A stretch of DNA of 27,893 nt from Puniceicoccaceae bacterium. GTDB lineage: Bacteria > Verrucomicrobiota > Verrucomicrobiia > Opitutales > Oceanipulchritudinaceae. The notes under the pieces are model-generated. The model had not been told where the DNA came from. It searched no databases and worked only from the letters and a program-made list of their open reading frames with translations. This document shows positions 8,873 through 17,765 of the stretch, one piece after another. The stretch spans positions 1 through 27,893 of the forward strand of contig JBFOMH010000016.1 in assembly GCA_040830765.1 (NCBI GenBank). The letters run 5' to 3'. Both the position numbers and the translations under genes were made by a program. Within the stretch, counting starts at the first letter, position 1. Every line of letters starts with the position of its first letter.

Positions 8873-9997
8873 TTACACGTTGTCGGATGCCCAGTTGCGA
8901 ACAAATTCAATCAACTCCTCCATGGTGGGGCTGCTGCCTTTGCGTACATATAACCCGGAAGAAGCGCACGCGAGGCGGATCCGCAAGGGAGGTTCCAGTT
9001 CCAGCAAGAGGCCGGCGGCGTATCCGGCATTAAAGCGGTCGCCCGCCCCGGTGGACTTCACCGGGTCCTCGCAATAGGGTCCCTCCGCTTCGGATTCGCC
9101 ATCCGGGGTGGCCAGGACAGCGTACCTGAGGGAATGGATCAGGACTTCCGTGATTCCGAGTGCCTGACGCAATTCCCGCGCCTGCTTCGCGGCAGCCTTG
9201 ATGCCCGGCTGGTCCGCGAATTCCAGATGAAGGAGCTTCGAAAGGATATTGGCCTCATTTTGATTCAATCCCAAGGTACAGGGTCCGCAGGATTCAAATC
9301 CCGGGAGCACTTTCAGCATTTCCCGGATGTCCGTTTCGCTCCGGTTTGAGGGATCCACCAAATCAATGAAGAAAGGAATCCGCCGGGGCAACTGGTTGAA
9401 GACGCTTTCCTGAAGAAAGCGCCAACATTCCGTCATGTGGGGATAGAGGGTCCAGTCGGTGAGGGCAATCAGTTGAGCCTTTTCGCAGGAGGCCTGAAAC
9501 ACCCCTTCCTGCAGGCGCTTCCGGATGTAATCCGGCGTGAACTCCGCCAGGTGCGAGACGGAGGAATGCATTAATTTCCCATCGGAGAATTCATAGGCAA
9601 GGGTCCGTCCGGGCTCACGTCCCCATGAATGCAGGGCGGCCTTATTGGAATATTCCGAAAAGGCGGCATGGACGGGTTCGCCGGCGGTGGCGAAGGTCGT
9701 CACTGCCAAGCCCAGGCTGGCCAGGCCGTCACCCATGTTGATGGCACAGCCGCCAGGGTCTGTCTTGGTCACGACAATCTCCCGCAGGCTGCTCATGCCG
9801 GAGGCCGCCTTAACCAACTCGGAAAACCGCGAGATGGTCGGCACGCGGGTGTAGCTATTCTCGTCGGCCCGCTCGTCAACCACGGTTATCATTTCATCGA
9901 CAAACCCATCAAATCCGGTAACGACGGATTGACCCCGTAACTTGGTAGCGGAACTTTCCAGTTTGCCGGCGAGGGATTTCAGGTGGGGGAGGTCCAT
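8873..9997 (-). CDS. PfkB/ribokinase-family carbohydrate kinase
   Basis: C-terminal signature 'STGAGDRFNAG', N-terminal 'GFDGFVD' and 'PGGCAIN', and an NQNEA (NxxE) motif. Confidence 0.88.
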   Translation of the reverse strand: MDLPHLKSLAGKLESSATKLRGQSVVTGFDGFVDEMITVVDERADENSYTRVPTISRFSELVKAASGMSSLREIVVTKTDPGGCAINMGDGLASLGLAVTTFATAGEPVHAAFSEYSNKAALHSWGREPGRTLAYEFSDGKLMHSSVSHLAEFTPDYIRKRLQEGVFQASCEKAQLIALTDWTLYPHMTECWRFLQESVFNQLPRRIPFFIDLVDPSNRSETDIREMLKVLPGFESCGPCTLGLNQNEANILSKLLHLEFADQPGIKAAAKQARELRQALGITEVLIHSLRYAVLATPDGESEAEGPYCEDPVKSTGAGDRFNAGYAAGLLLELEPPLRIRLACASSGLYVRKGSSPTMEELIEFVRNWASDNV

Positions 9998-10028
9998 GGT
10001 TTTGTTAGAGGTGCTGCAAGAAAGGCTA

Positions 10029-11072
10029 TCAAGAGTAACTCTTTTTTGACTCCGTGAGGATCAGGTCCTCCTGGAGGGACCGGACTGGTTGGATGGATTC
10101 CGCCTGCAGGTCGCCGTGGTAGGCCCTTACGGCCTCTTCCGGGGAGATGTCGCCGTCCGTGATCAGCCGGAGGTAGCGGATGAAGGCCAGCGGATGTTCG
10201 GAAAGATTAATCTTCCTGCCAAAGAGCGCCACCTTGGCACCGTACTTCTGTGCATCGTGGATGAGCTGAAAGGCATCCAGCGTCGTGCCGGCGCTGCCGC
10301 CGAGGATACCCACGACCAGGGAATCGTCGTAGGATACCAGTTCCTCGAGCGGGCCCGGCCCGTTATAGGGAATCTTGAGGAAGATCGGACGGGCTATCTT
10401 GGTGACACCCGCGAGGCAGCGGATGATGTTATCATTGAGAAAGCCACCCACTTTGCCGGGATCAAAGCCCGGATCGACATTGGGATTGAAGACCTCAAGG
10501 AAGTAACGGAAACTTTTTCTTTCCGCTTCGAGGCGGAATTCGTGGAACGCTTCCAAAGCCGCGTAATCAAAATCGATGTTGTTGGTGAAGGTTATCGAAT
10601 ACAGGCCGAGGTCCGCCCCGGTATGGGGTTTTGGATAGTCCTGCAGCTTGCCGTATTTGATGTGGTCAATGGTTGCGGTCCGGAAGTGGCGTGACGGGTG
10701 TGCCGGGTACTTCCCCTGACGGACTGCCCAGACGTCCGTTGTATCGTTGGCACGTGCGGCCGGGGTGATCGGCGATTGCTTGAACAGGCCTTCCTCGATG
10801 GCCAGCTTCTCTAGATTGGATGCCGAGAGCAGGACGATGTCGACCAGGCGCTGCTTAATGACGGCGCGTATCTGCTCCAGGTAGCTGCCGAGGCTCTTGT
10901 AGCATCCTTGCGACCTGTCGTAGCCGTGCGGGCACTCACCGGCCCGGTTGGGGCCGGGGGCCATGACCCCGAAGGCCATGTCCGCGTCCTTGGCGTCGGC
11001 AATGATGAAATCCTTGCGGGTCGCTTTACCGGAATGGATGCGGGCTAATTTTTGATCCAGGCTCTTGTTCAT
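10029..11072 (-). CDS. Uncharacterised TIM-barrel protein, putative class I (DhnA/LacD-like) aldolase
   Basis: Motif order GADLGLYSITF, EAERKSFRYFLEVF, FLKIPY (candidate Schiff-base Lys), VGILGG, FGRKIN parallels DhnA-type aldolases. It lies between an isomerase and a kinase. The function is inferred. Confidence 0.6.
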   Translation of the reverse strand: MNKSLDQKLARIHSGKATRKDFIIADAKDADMAFGVMAPGPNRAGECPHGYDRSQGCYKSLGSYLEQIRAVIKQRLVDIVLLSASNLEKLAIEEGLFKQSPITPAARANDTTDVWAVRQGKYPAHPSRHFRTATIDHIKYGKLQDYPKPHTGADLGLYSITFTNNIDFDYAALEAFHEFRLEAERKSFRYFLEVFNPNVDPGFDPGKVGGFLNDNIIRCLAGVTKIARPIFLKIPYNGPGPLEELVSYDDSLVVGILGGSAGTTLDAFQLIHDAQKYGAKVALFGRKINLSEHPLAFIRYLRLITDGDISPEEAVRAYHGDLQAESIQPVRSLQEDLILTESKKSYS

Positions 11073-11094
11073 GGATGGCGATTCAAGCGATTGA

Positions 11095-12132
11095 TCAGCC
11101 TTGGAGCAAATGCTTTAAGGTGTAGAGCTCGAGGCCCTCGTAATCGCGCGCATCACGGTACTGCTGGACAAGCTCGAGGTCATAGCTGCGGGCCTTCTCG
11201 ACCAGCATGAGGAAGATTTCCCGACTGTTCTTCAGGTGATCGGTGATCGGGGAGCCTCCCTGCGTGCGGAAGGTTTTCACGTCCAAACCGACAAATTCCC
11301 CGTTGCTACCATAACCCGACTGTTCAAGGACCAGGACCTGGTTGAAGGCGGCCCGGAGGTTGGCGGCACCGAAGTTCTTGTCCTGGTCATACTTGAGGCC
11401 GTTCTGGTCGTTCAGGTGGATGCTGCCCAGCTTGTCATGGGCGAGGGCAAATGCCATTTCGTCACTGGGATCGAGACCGGCGAGGATTGCATGCGCGCTC
11501 TCGATAACGGTCTTTACACGCGTATGATCCGTGGAGGCATAGGCCAGGGCGACGGCATGACCGGTAGTGGGGACATAGGCGAGGTCGGTCGGCTCATTTG
11601 GCTTGGGCTCGATCCAGACCTCGACTTCAGGATCGTAGGCGAGGATCTTGTTGATGACCTCCAGAAGCCGTTCATAGGCCAGCTTTGCATCCTTTGCTTC
11701 GCGCAGATAACTGCCTTCCCGGGCCAACCAGAGGACAATCGCCTTGGTACCAATGGTCCGGGCAATATCGATGCTGCGCTGGGTGCGGTCCCAGGCGTAG
11801 GCGCGGTCACTGGCACTGTTGGACGTATATCCGCCATCGACCGTCTTTTCATCGAACCACAGCCGGGGAGCGACAAATTCTGCCACCAGACCCTCCGAGT
11901 CGAGGATGCGCCGAACTTCCTCCGCTTTGCTGATGATGCCGGCTGGATCCAGGTTTTCGAGGTCGGGCACGACATCATCGTCGTGGAACTGGACCCCGTC
12001 GAAACCAAGCGGCTTGTAGAGCTTGTATTTCTCCTCGTGGGGATAGGGGACACGGACATCGGGGCCGAAGGGATCCCCGCCTTCACTGATGTTCCATGGG
12101 CCAAACGAAAAGCGGTAGTCTGTATTGGGCAT
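11095..12132 (-). CDS. Xylose isomerase-like sugar isomerase (short, class I type)
   Basis: FSFGPW...GGDPFG, GVQFHDDD (catalytic His), W..REG, IEPKPNEP, E..H..LAGL, HLNDQ..LKYDQD metal-binding motifs. ATG 12132 preferred over TTG 12156. No xylA symbol given because substrate-pocket residues differ. Confidence 0.88.
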   Translation of the reverse strand: MPNTDYRFSFGPWNISEGGDPFGPDVRVPYPHEEKYKLYKPLGFDGVQFHDDDVVPDLENLDPAGIISKAEEVRRILDSEGLVAEFVAPRLWFDEKTVDGGYTSNSASDRAYAWDRTQRSIDIARTIGTKAIVLWLAREGSYLREAKDAKLAYERLLEVINKILAYDPEVEVWIEPKPNEPTDLAYVPTTGHAVALAYASTDHTRVKTVIESAHAILAGLDPSDEMAFALAHDKLGSIHLNDQNGLKYDQDKNFGAANLRAAFNQVLVLEQSGYGSNGEFVGLDVKTFRTQGGSPITDHLKNSREIFLMLVEKARSYDLELVQQYRDARDYEGLELYTLKHLLQG

Positions 12133-12273
12133 AATTCCTTGATTTTGAGGTTTCAATTTACCCCAAAGTGTAACGCATCGGCCCGCTTGCAGCTACGCTT
12201 GGGGTCCCGACGACAGTGTCAATTGTCCCAAAACCCTTGACCATGGGAACGGGCCGGTAAGATTATCGGCCTT

Positions 12274-13170
12274 GTGGGGGTTAAAGAGTTAGTTCACTTA
12301 CCTGATGAATCCTTCTTCCGGGTTATCACCTGGGAACACGACCTTTCCCATATTACCTGGGTCAAGTCACCGACCGATCAGGAACGCACCTCAGGGGAGG
12401 GCTTCCGCTGGCATTACCATCGGGCTTTGGAACTGACCTGCTTCTTTACGGGCCAAGGTACCCGCTTTGTCGGCGATTCGATTGAAGGCTTTGAAGCCGG
12501 CGACGTCGTCCTCCTGGGCGAGAACCTGCCCCATTACTGGCATGTTGCCGATTCGTCATCCGGGGTGGCGATCCAGTTCCTGCTTCCCCCCGGACATCCC
12601 TTGTGGAGCTTTAGCGAGCTTTCCAACCTCTCCCGGTTGCTGCGGGAAGCGTCATCGGGACTTCATTTTGATTCAGCAACGTCGAAGCGAATGCAGGGCG
12701 TCCTGGAACGTATCCCCCTGACATCCGGTGTTCAGCGGCTGGGTTTGCTCTTTTCGCTCCTGGGGGAGGCGATTGAGTCCCTCGAAAGCGGCTGTAAACG
12801 ATTGTCCTCCAAAGTCTTTAACCTCGACTCTGAAACGAGTCATGAGGAAGCCATGCGCATGACGGTGCACTTCATCCTGACCCAGTACCGCGAGGAAATC
12901 CGGCTGGAACAGGTCTTGGACCAGGCCAAGATGAGCAAGTCCACCTTCAGCCGGGTCTTCAGGAAGTATCTCGGGAAGAATTTCCGGGAGTTTCTTCAGG
13001 AAGTCCGGCTGGAGCATGTCTGCCGTGAACTAAGGCAAACCGCAAAGCCGGTCATCGAAATAGCCCTTGGTGCCGGTTTCTCGGAAATTACCTTTTTCAA
13101 CCGCCTGTTCCGCCGGACCTATTCCTGCTCACCCACGGAATACCGGGAGCGGGAGCTTGAGGTGCCTTAG
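12274..13170 (+). CDS. AraC-family transcriptional regulator
   Basis: N-terminal cupin 'WHYHRALELT...GTRFVGD...VLLGENLPHYW' and C-terminal double HTH 'MSKSTFSRVF...IEIALGAGFSEITFFNRLFRR..SCSPTEYR'; divergent from the isomerase operon. Confidence 0.95.
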   Translation: MGVKELVHLPDESFFRVITWEHDLSHITWVKSPTDQERTSGEGFRWHYHRALELTCFFTGQGTRFVGDSIEGFEAGDVVLLGENLPHYWHVADSSSGVAIQFLLPPGHPLWSFSELSNLSRLLREASSGLHFDSATSKRMQGVLERIPLTSGVQRLGLLFSLLGEAIESLESGCKRLSSKVFNLDSETSHEEAMRMTVHFILTQYREEIRLEQVLDQAKMSKSTFSRVFRKYLGKNFREFLQEVRLEHVCRELRQTAKPVIEIALGAGFSEITFFNRLFRRTYSCSPTEYRERELEVP

Positions 13171-13204
13171 GCCTGTGAGATGGCTCCACCGCTCTGGGAA
13201 AATC

Positions 13205-13224
13205 ACATTCGTTTTCCCGAATGT
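13205..13224. promoter_or_regulatory. Candidate operator, copy 4, perfect 7-bp arms ACATTCG-TTTTCC-CGAATGT
   Basis: Perfect inverted repeat 66 nt before GTG 13291 and 78 nt before ATG 13303; a -35-like TTCACA follows at 13245-13250. Confidence 0.7.
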
Positions 13225-13302
13225 ATCCACCTGTTTGGGTCCAATTCACATTGTCTTGGCGAAGGATTCATGAAACTGGTTATCAATTGAGTGAAAACGA
13301 TT

Positions 13303-14712
13303 ATGAAATTTCAAAATATCATCGTAGTAGTTTCTTCCTGTTTACTGTCACTTTCATGTTCTGCTCAAATGGAGATACAAAATAAGCCAAATTTTATAAT
13401 CATATATTGCGACGACCTGGGTTACGGCGATCTGGGATGTTTTGGTGCAACGGATATTAAAACTCCCAATATTGATCGCCTTGCTGAAGAAGGCATGAAA
13501 TTTACGGAGTTTTACTCAGCTTCTGCTGTGTGCAGTCCGTCAAGGGCCGCCCTGCTTACCGGACGCTATCCACAAAGAATGGGACTCAACAGTGTATTCT
13601 TCCCCGAAAGTTGGACGGGTATGCCTGTTGAAGAGATCACCATTGCCGACGAGCTCAAGGCAGCCGGGTATGCTACCGGTCATATAGGCAAATGGCACCT
13701 GGGGCACCGGGAGAAATTTCTGCCCTTGCAGCGCGGATTTGATGAGTACTTTGGAATCCCTTACAGCAATGACATGGAAAGTGTTGTCTACCTCAGAGGG
13801 AATGAGGTGGAAGAATTTCATGTGGATCAGCGGTATATGACAAAAACATATACCGAAGAATCCCTGGATTTCATTGAAAATCACGCTGATGAAAGCTTCT
13901 TCCTGTACCTGGCTCACAGCATGCCTCATACACCCATTTATGCCTCCGAAGATTTCCGGGGAAGCTCTGCAAGAGGATTATATGGAGATGTCATCCAGGA
14001 AATCGATTGGAGTGTGGGTGAGATTATCCGGAAACTGGAAGAAAAAGAGATCCTGGATAATACGCTGATCGTTTTCAGCAGTGACAATGGCCCTTGGTTG
14101 GTAATGGAAGATCACGGAGGCTCAGCAGGGATATTGAGAGAGGGCAAACAGTATACCTTCGAAGGGGGAATGCGGGTGCCGACCCTTGCTATGTGGAAAG
14201 GGAAAATTAGGGGTGGAGCCGTATATGATGATATGGCTCTTATGATGGACTGGTTTCCCACGCTTTTGAACCTGGCAGGCATTGATCAATCCGCTCAAAA
14301 TACCCTCGATGGTGTGGATATCACTGAGGTTTTGTTGAACGGTGGAGAAAGAGAAGAAAATGGATTCCTTTATTTTGATGGTCTCAAACTGGAAGGATAT
14401 CGTGAAGGTGACTGGAAAGTTAAATTGAAATATAAGGGTTTTGAGGGAGCTGCCTTTAAAAAGGGCGTTCCTCCACATGAGATATTACTGATAAACCTGA
14501 AGGAAGATCCGTCTGAAAGTAAGAATCTTGCCAAGGATATGCCTGAAAAACTGGAAGAACTGTTGCGGAAAATGGATTCCTCCCGGGAGGCACTTGGAGA
14601 ACTGCCGCCCTCACTCGTTTTTAAAACGAATGGAGATTACAGTAGCTTTGATTATCTCAAGGAAAAGCACGGGGAAGGGGTAGAATACTGGCGAGCTGAT
14701 TACAAAAAATAA
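13303..14712 (+). CDS. Formylglycine-dependent (S1) sulfatase, Cys-type, exported
   Basis: KPNFIIIYCDDLGYGD, CSPSRAALLTGR (CxPxR), GKWHLG, SSDNGP, FEGGMRVP; N-terminal signal peptide with possible lipobox LSC. Alternative start GTG 13291. Confidence 0.95.
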   Translation: MKFQNIIVVVSSCLLSLSCSAQMEIQNKPNFIIIYCDDLGYGDLGCFGATDIKTPNIDRLAEEGMKFTEFYSASAVCSPSRAALLTGRYPQRMGLNSVFFPESWTGMPVEEITIADELKAAGYATGHIGKWHLGHREKFLPLQRGFDEYFGIPYSNDMESVVYLRGNEVEEFHVDQRYMTKTYTEESLDFIENHADESFFLYLAHSMPHTPIYASEDFRGSSARGLYGDVIQEIDWSVGEIIRKLEEKEILDNTLIVFSSDNGPWLVMEDHGGSAGILREGKQYTFEGGMRVPTLAMWKGKIRGGAVYDDMALMMDWFPTLLNLAGIDQSAQNTLDGVDITEVLLNGGEREENGFLYFDGLKLEGYREGDWKVKLKYKGFEGAAFKKGVPPHEILLINLKEDPSESKNLAKDMPEKLEELLRKMDSSREALGELPPSLVFKTNGDYSSFDYLKEKHGEGVEYWRADYKK

Positions 14713-14790
14713 CACACACGAGAGTTCGCATCAATGATCTATTGAGGAGAGGTTTCTCCTGGGATTCAATGCAGCGCTACTCGATTGGGC

Positions 14791-15495
14791 TTATTGTCTG
14801 ATGAGAAGAATACAGGCTTCAGCCAGGCGATTACCAAACGCTTTATACCCATCCACGGAATAATGAAGATCATTGTGTAATAACTTACCTTCTGCATTAA
14901 GCCCGTCATTCAAATCGTCCGTATCCACCCATCTGCCGCGTGGATATGCCTCTGCAACTTCAACTTGAGCTTTGCGCACCCTGGTCCAATGCGGATATTT
15001 CTCATCAGCCAAATCGAAATCACTCAGTCGACCAATGACCAAGTTGATGTCCTTGCGCCTGAGATCTTCAGCAAGCTGAGCAATCAAGCCTCTCAGGCTG
15101 GCCGCATAGACTTCTCCATTTTCCAGTAGGGCATCCCGTTCTCCTTGCATCCAGACGAATGTTACCGTGCTGAAATTGTTGTCACTGATTGCCAGGTTAA
15201 CCTTTTTCATCAACCGGTCATACAAATCACCCGTTTCGATTGGCGCATCGCCGTGTGGTGGATTCCACTTCTTATACCAACGACTAATCGGCTGGCCACT
15301 CATGGCATCCTTCACAATGGTTACATTATCTTTTCCAAATGCAGCCTCTACCGTTGGTGTAAATGAAAGGCCTGGATCAAGTCTAGCCATGTTCGACTGA
15401 CCGGAGAGGATGAATAGATGTTTTTGATTCTCCATGGAATTAGCCGCTGATGCGCACAGCAGCGTCAGTAAGATCGCAATACACAGGTATTTCAT
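14791..15495 (-). CDS. SGNH acetylesterase (SASA domain / CE6-like), exported
   Basis: LSGQSNM (Ser nucleophile), WMQGERD, DLHY (DxH); signal peptide MKYLCIAILLTLLCASAA. Confidence 0.88.
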   Translation of the reverse strand: MKYLCIAILLTLLCASAANSMENQKHLFILSGQSNMARLDPGLSFTPTVEAAFGKDNVTIVKDAMSGQPISRWYKKWNPPHGDAPIETGDLYDRLMKKVNLAISDNNFSTVTFVWMQGERDALLENGEVYAASLRGLIAQLAEDLRRKDINLVIGRLSDFDLADEKYPHWTRVRKAQVEVAEAYPRGRWVDTDDLNDGLNAEGKLLHNDLHYSVDGYKAFGNRLAEACILLIRQ

Positions 15496-15633
15496 TCGGT
15501 TAAATCCTTTAAAAAGTCTCTTTGCCCAACAGGTTCATGGCAGGGTTCAGGACCTCGAAAAAGTTAAAGCGAAATCTGTTCTAATCGCCAGATAATTGGA
15601 GCGTACAGGTTTTTAAAAGCCACCGGATATTAA

Positions 15634-15653
15634 GGATTCGGTCTCCCGAATGT
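15634..15653. promoter_or_regulatory. Candidate operator, copy 5 (GGATTCG GTCTCC CGAATGT)
   Basis: Exact core at 15637-15650, 65 nt before ATG 15719; followed by TTGATA (15674-15679) and TAGCTT (15698-15703), an 18-nt -35/-10-like spacing. Confidence 0.7.
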
Positions 15654-15718
15654 ACCTTCTTTTGCGCATCAGCTTGATATTGTTAGGGAAGCTCATTTAG
15701 CTTGGGAATTGATTAAGC

Positions 15719-17749
15719 ATGCGGAATCCGGGAAAGCACTTTAGGACAGGCGTTGTTGTGCGGCAGTACGACGGTACGGTCCTGCTCCGGGAGCAAGTTG
15801 AGTGGATCTCAAAAGACTCGGAGGAGATATTTTTCGAAGTGGACAATGCACGCCTCCGTTTGGTTCCGCTTCTTGCTGATGATTCCGCATCAATGGACTT
15901 CTCGCTGGAGTGGCAAGTGGAACGCGGAAGCTTAATTCAGACTGCCGTAGGCATTTGTCTAACGTTTCCGGAATGGAGTGTATCAGGATACCCCTGGCTG
16001 GCTGGGGCAGTCTACAACGGCAACCGTTTTGAGGTCCGGGAGCAGGCATACTCGCCTCGGTATCCGGAAGCGGATTGCGGACCGAACGCGGAGACCGTGA
16101 TAGCGGACATCCCGCATCTGCAAAAGGGTGAGGGAGACTCGCAGATTCAACTTCTGCTCGGTGATCTGTCTGCGCCCGCCATGGGTTATGTGGATGCTGA
16201 TGGAAAATGGGGAGTATATGTCTGTTCGGAGCAAATTGACACGGCTGACCTTTTTGAGATACGTGAATCACCCGATCGACAGCAGGGCAGCCTTTCTATC
16301 TTGCGTGGCGGTGTTCGCGAAAAACGCTATGCCTTTCCAGAGCTGAACTCACAATTGGATTCCGATGATCGGGCTCCGGATCTGCAGAAAGGAGACAGTT
16401 TCAGACAGCATTTCCGGATTCATCTGCTAGAGGAAGCCACCATCCAATCCCTCTTTGACGCCCATTTCGACTGGATGATGTCCAAGGCGGACTTTCCCAG
16501 AAGCAGGATTTCCCGCAAGGGACCGTCCCTTTCGGAGTCATTCAAGCTCATCGAGGAGAAATACAACCGGGACAACTGGGATGAGGCCAACGAGCTCTTT
16601 GCCACCGAGTGTGATCCCAGTATCCATTCCCACTACCAGATCGGCTGGTGCGGGGGCGGGATCGCCGATTCCGCCCTGTTGTGCGGGAAGCACCATCTGA
16701 CGCGGGAGCGGGCGGAACGGGCCCTCAACAGGCTTTGCCGGGAGGGCCAGCTGCCCAGCGGTTTCTTTTATGGAAAGCGGAATCGTGACGGGGACTGGAC
16801 CCATGACTTTGCAGCAGACAAAACCCGTCCCTACACCCACGGCTGGACCCTTGTCCGCCGGCAGGCGGATCTGCTGCTGTTCTTGCTGAAGGCGATCAAA
16901 AGGCCGGCGAGCGAGGCATCTCCGGATTCGATTGCCCTGTGGAAATATTCGGCAGGGAAGTTGGCCGATGCGCTGTGCGGATTGTTCGCCCGGAACCGTC
17001 AGCTGGGCCAGTTTGTTGATGCCGAGTCCGGAGCGATCGTGGTTGGCGGATCAGCGAGCGGGGGAGTGATCCCGGCGGGTTTGTGTCTCGCGCATCAGGC
17101 GTTTAACGATCCGTCCTACCTGCGGGTGGCTGAAGAAATCGGGCAGTACTTCCTTGAGGAATACACTGCCAAAGGGCTCTCCAGCGGGGGCCCCGGCGAT
17201 GCCTGCCAGGCGCCGGACAGTGAGTCCTGTGCGGGATTACTGGAAAGCTATGTGACCCTCTTTGAGTGTACCGGAAAGGATGAATGGCTGCAGGCGGCCA
17301 AATCGCAGGCCGCCCAGGTAGCCAGCTGGATCATGCCGTATGATTTTCCCTTCCCGGAAAGCAGTGAGTTTGGCAGACTGGGGATTCCCACGACAGGGAG
17401 TGTCTTTGCCAATGCCCAGAACAAGCACTCGGCACCGGGAATCTGCACCCACAGCGGGGATTGTCTGCGGCGGTTGTCGAGGATTACCGGAGACCCGCGT
17501 TACGAGGAACTCTTGCGCTGGATTGCCCGGCAGATTAGCTGGACTGTTTCCCGTGAAGACCGGCCGATCCATGATTCGGAGGGTATGCCCCTGCCGCCAG
17601 GGTGGATCAATGAGCGGGTCAACACCAGTGACTGGGATAACAATCTTGGAGGCGTCTTTTATGGCAGCACCTGGTCCGAGGTGGCCTTGATGCTGATGGC
17701 CGTCGAGGTCGGGGATGTTGACCAAGGGCCCCTTAATGGGATTCAGTAA
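15719..17749 (+). CDS. Uncharacterised protein with probable (alpha/alpha)6 six-hairpin barrel, paralogue A
   Basis: Long ORF with helical-hairpin repeats such as 'LLESYVTLFECTGKDEWLQAA' and 'LRRLSRITGDPRYEELL'; shares many motif blocks with the next gene. No signal peptide. Confidence 0.7.
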   Translation: MRNPGKHFRTGVVVRQYDGTVLLREQVEWISKDSEEIFFEVDNARLRLVPLLADDSASMDFSLEWQVERGSLIQTAVGICLTFPEWSVSGYPWLAGAVYNGNRFEVREQAYSPRYPEADCGPNAETVIADIPHLQKGEGDSQIQLLLGDLSAPAMGYVDADGKWGVYVCSEQIDTADLFEIRESPDRQQGSLSILRGGVREKRYAFPELNSQLDSDDRAPDLQKGDSFRQHFRIHLLEEATIQSLFDAHFDWMMSKADFPRSRISRKGPSLSESFKLIEEKYNRDNWDEANELFATECDPSIHSHYQIGWCGGGIADSALLCGKHHLTRERAERALNRLCREGQLPSGFFYGKRNRDGDWTHDFAADKTRPYTHGWTLVRRQADLLLFLLKAIKRPASEASPDSIALWKYSAGKLADALCGLFARNRQLGQFVDAESGAIVVGGSASGGVIPAGLCLAHQAFNDPSYLRVAEEIGQYFLEEYTAKGLSSGGPGDACQAPDSESCAGLLESYVTLFECTGKDEWLQAAKSQAAQVASWIMPYDFPFPESSEFGRLGIPTTGSVFANAQNKHSAPGICTHSGDCLRRLSRITGDPRYEELLRWIARQISWTVSREDRPIHDSEGMPLPPGWINERVNTSDWDNNLGGVFYGSTWSEVALMLMAVEVGDVDQGPLNGIQ

Positions 17750-17765
17750 TAGTTGTATCCAAACG

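Noticed and set aside
11236..12240. 334-aa plus-strand ORF
   Set aside because: Antisense shadow of the isomerase gene with no recognisable motifs; common in GC-rich coding DNA.
14731..14770. Hairpins between the convergent sulfatase and esterase genes (AGGAGA/TCTCCT)
   Set aside because: Short stem with no U-tract on either strand; insufficient to call a terminator.
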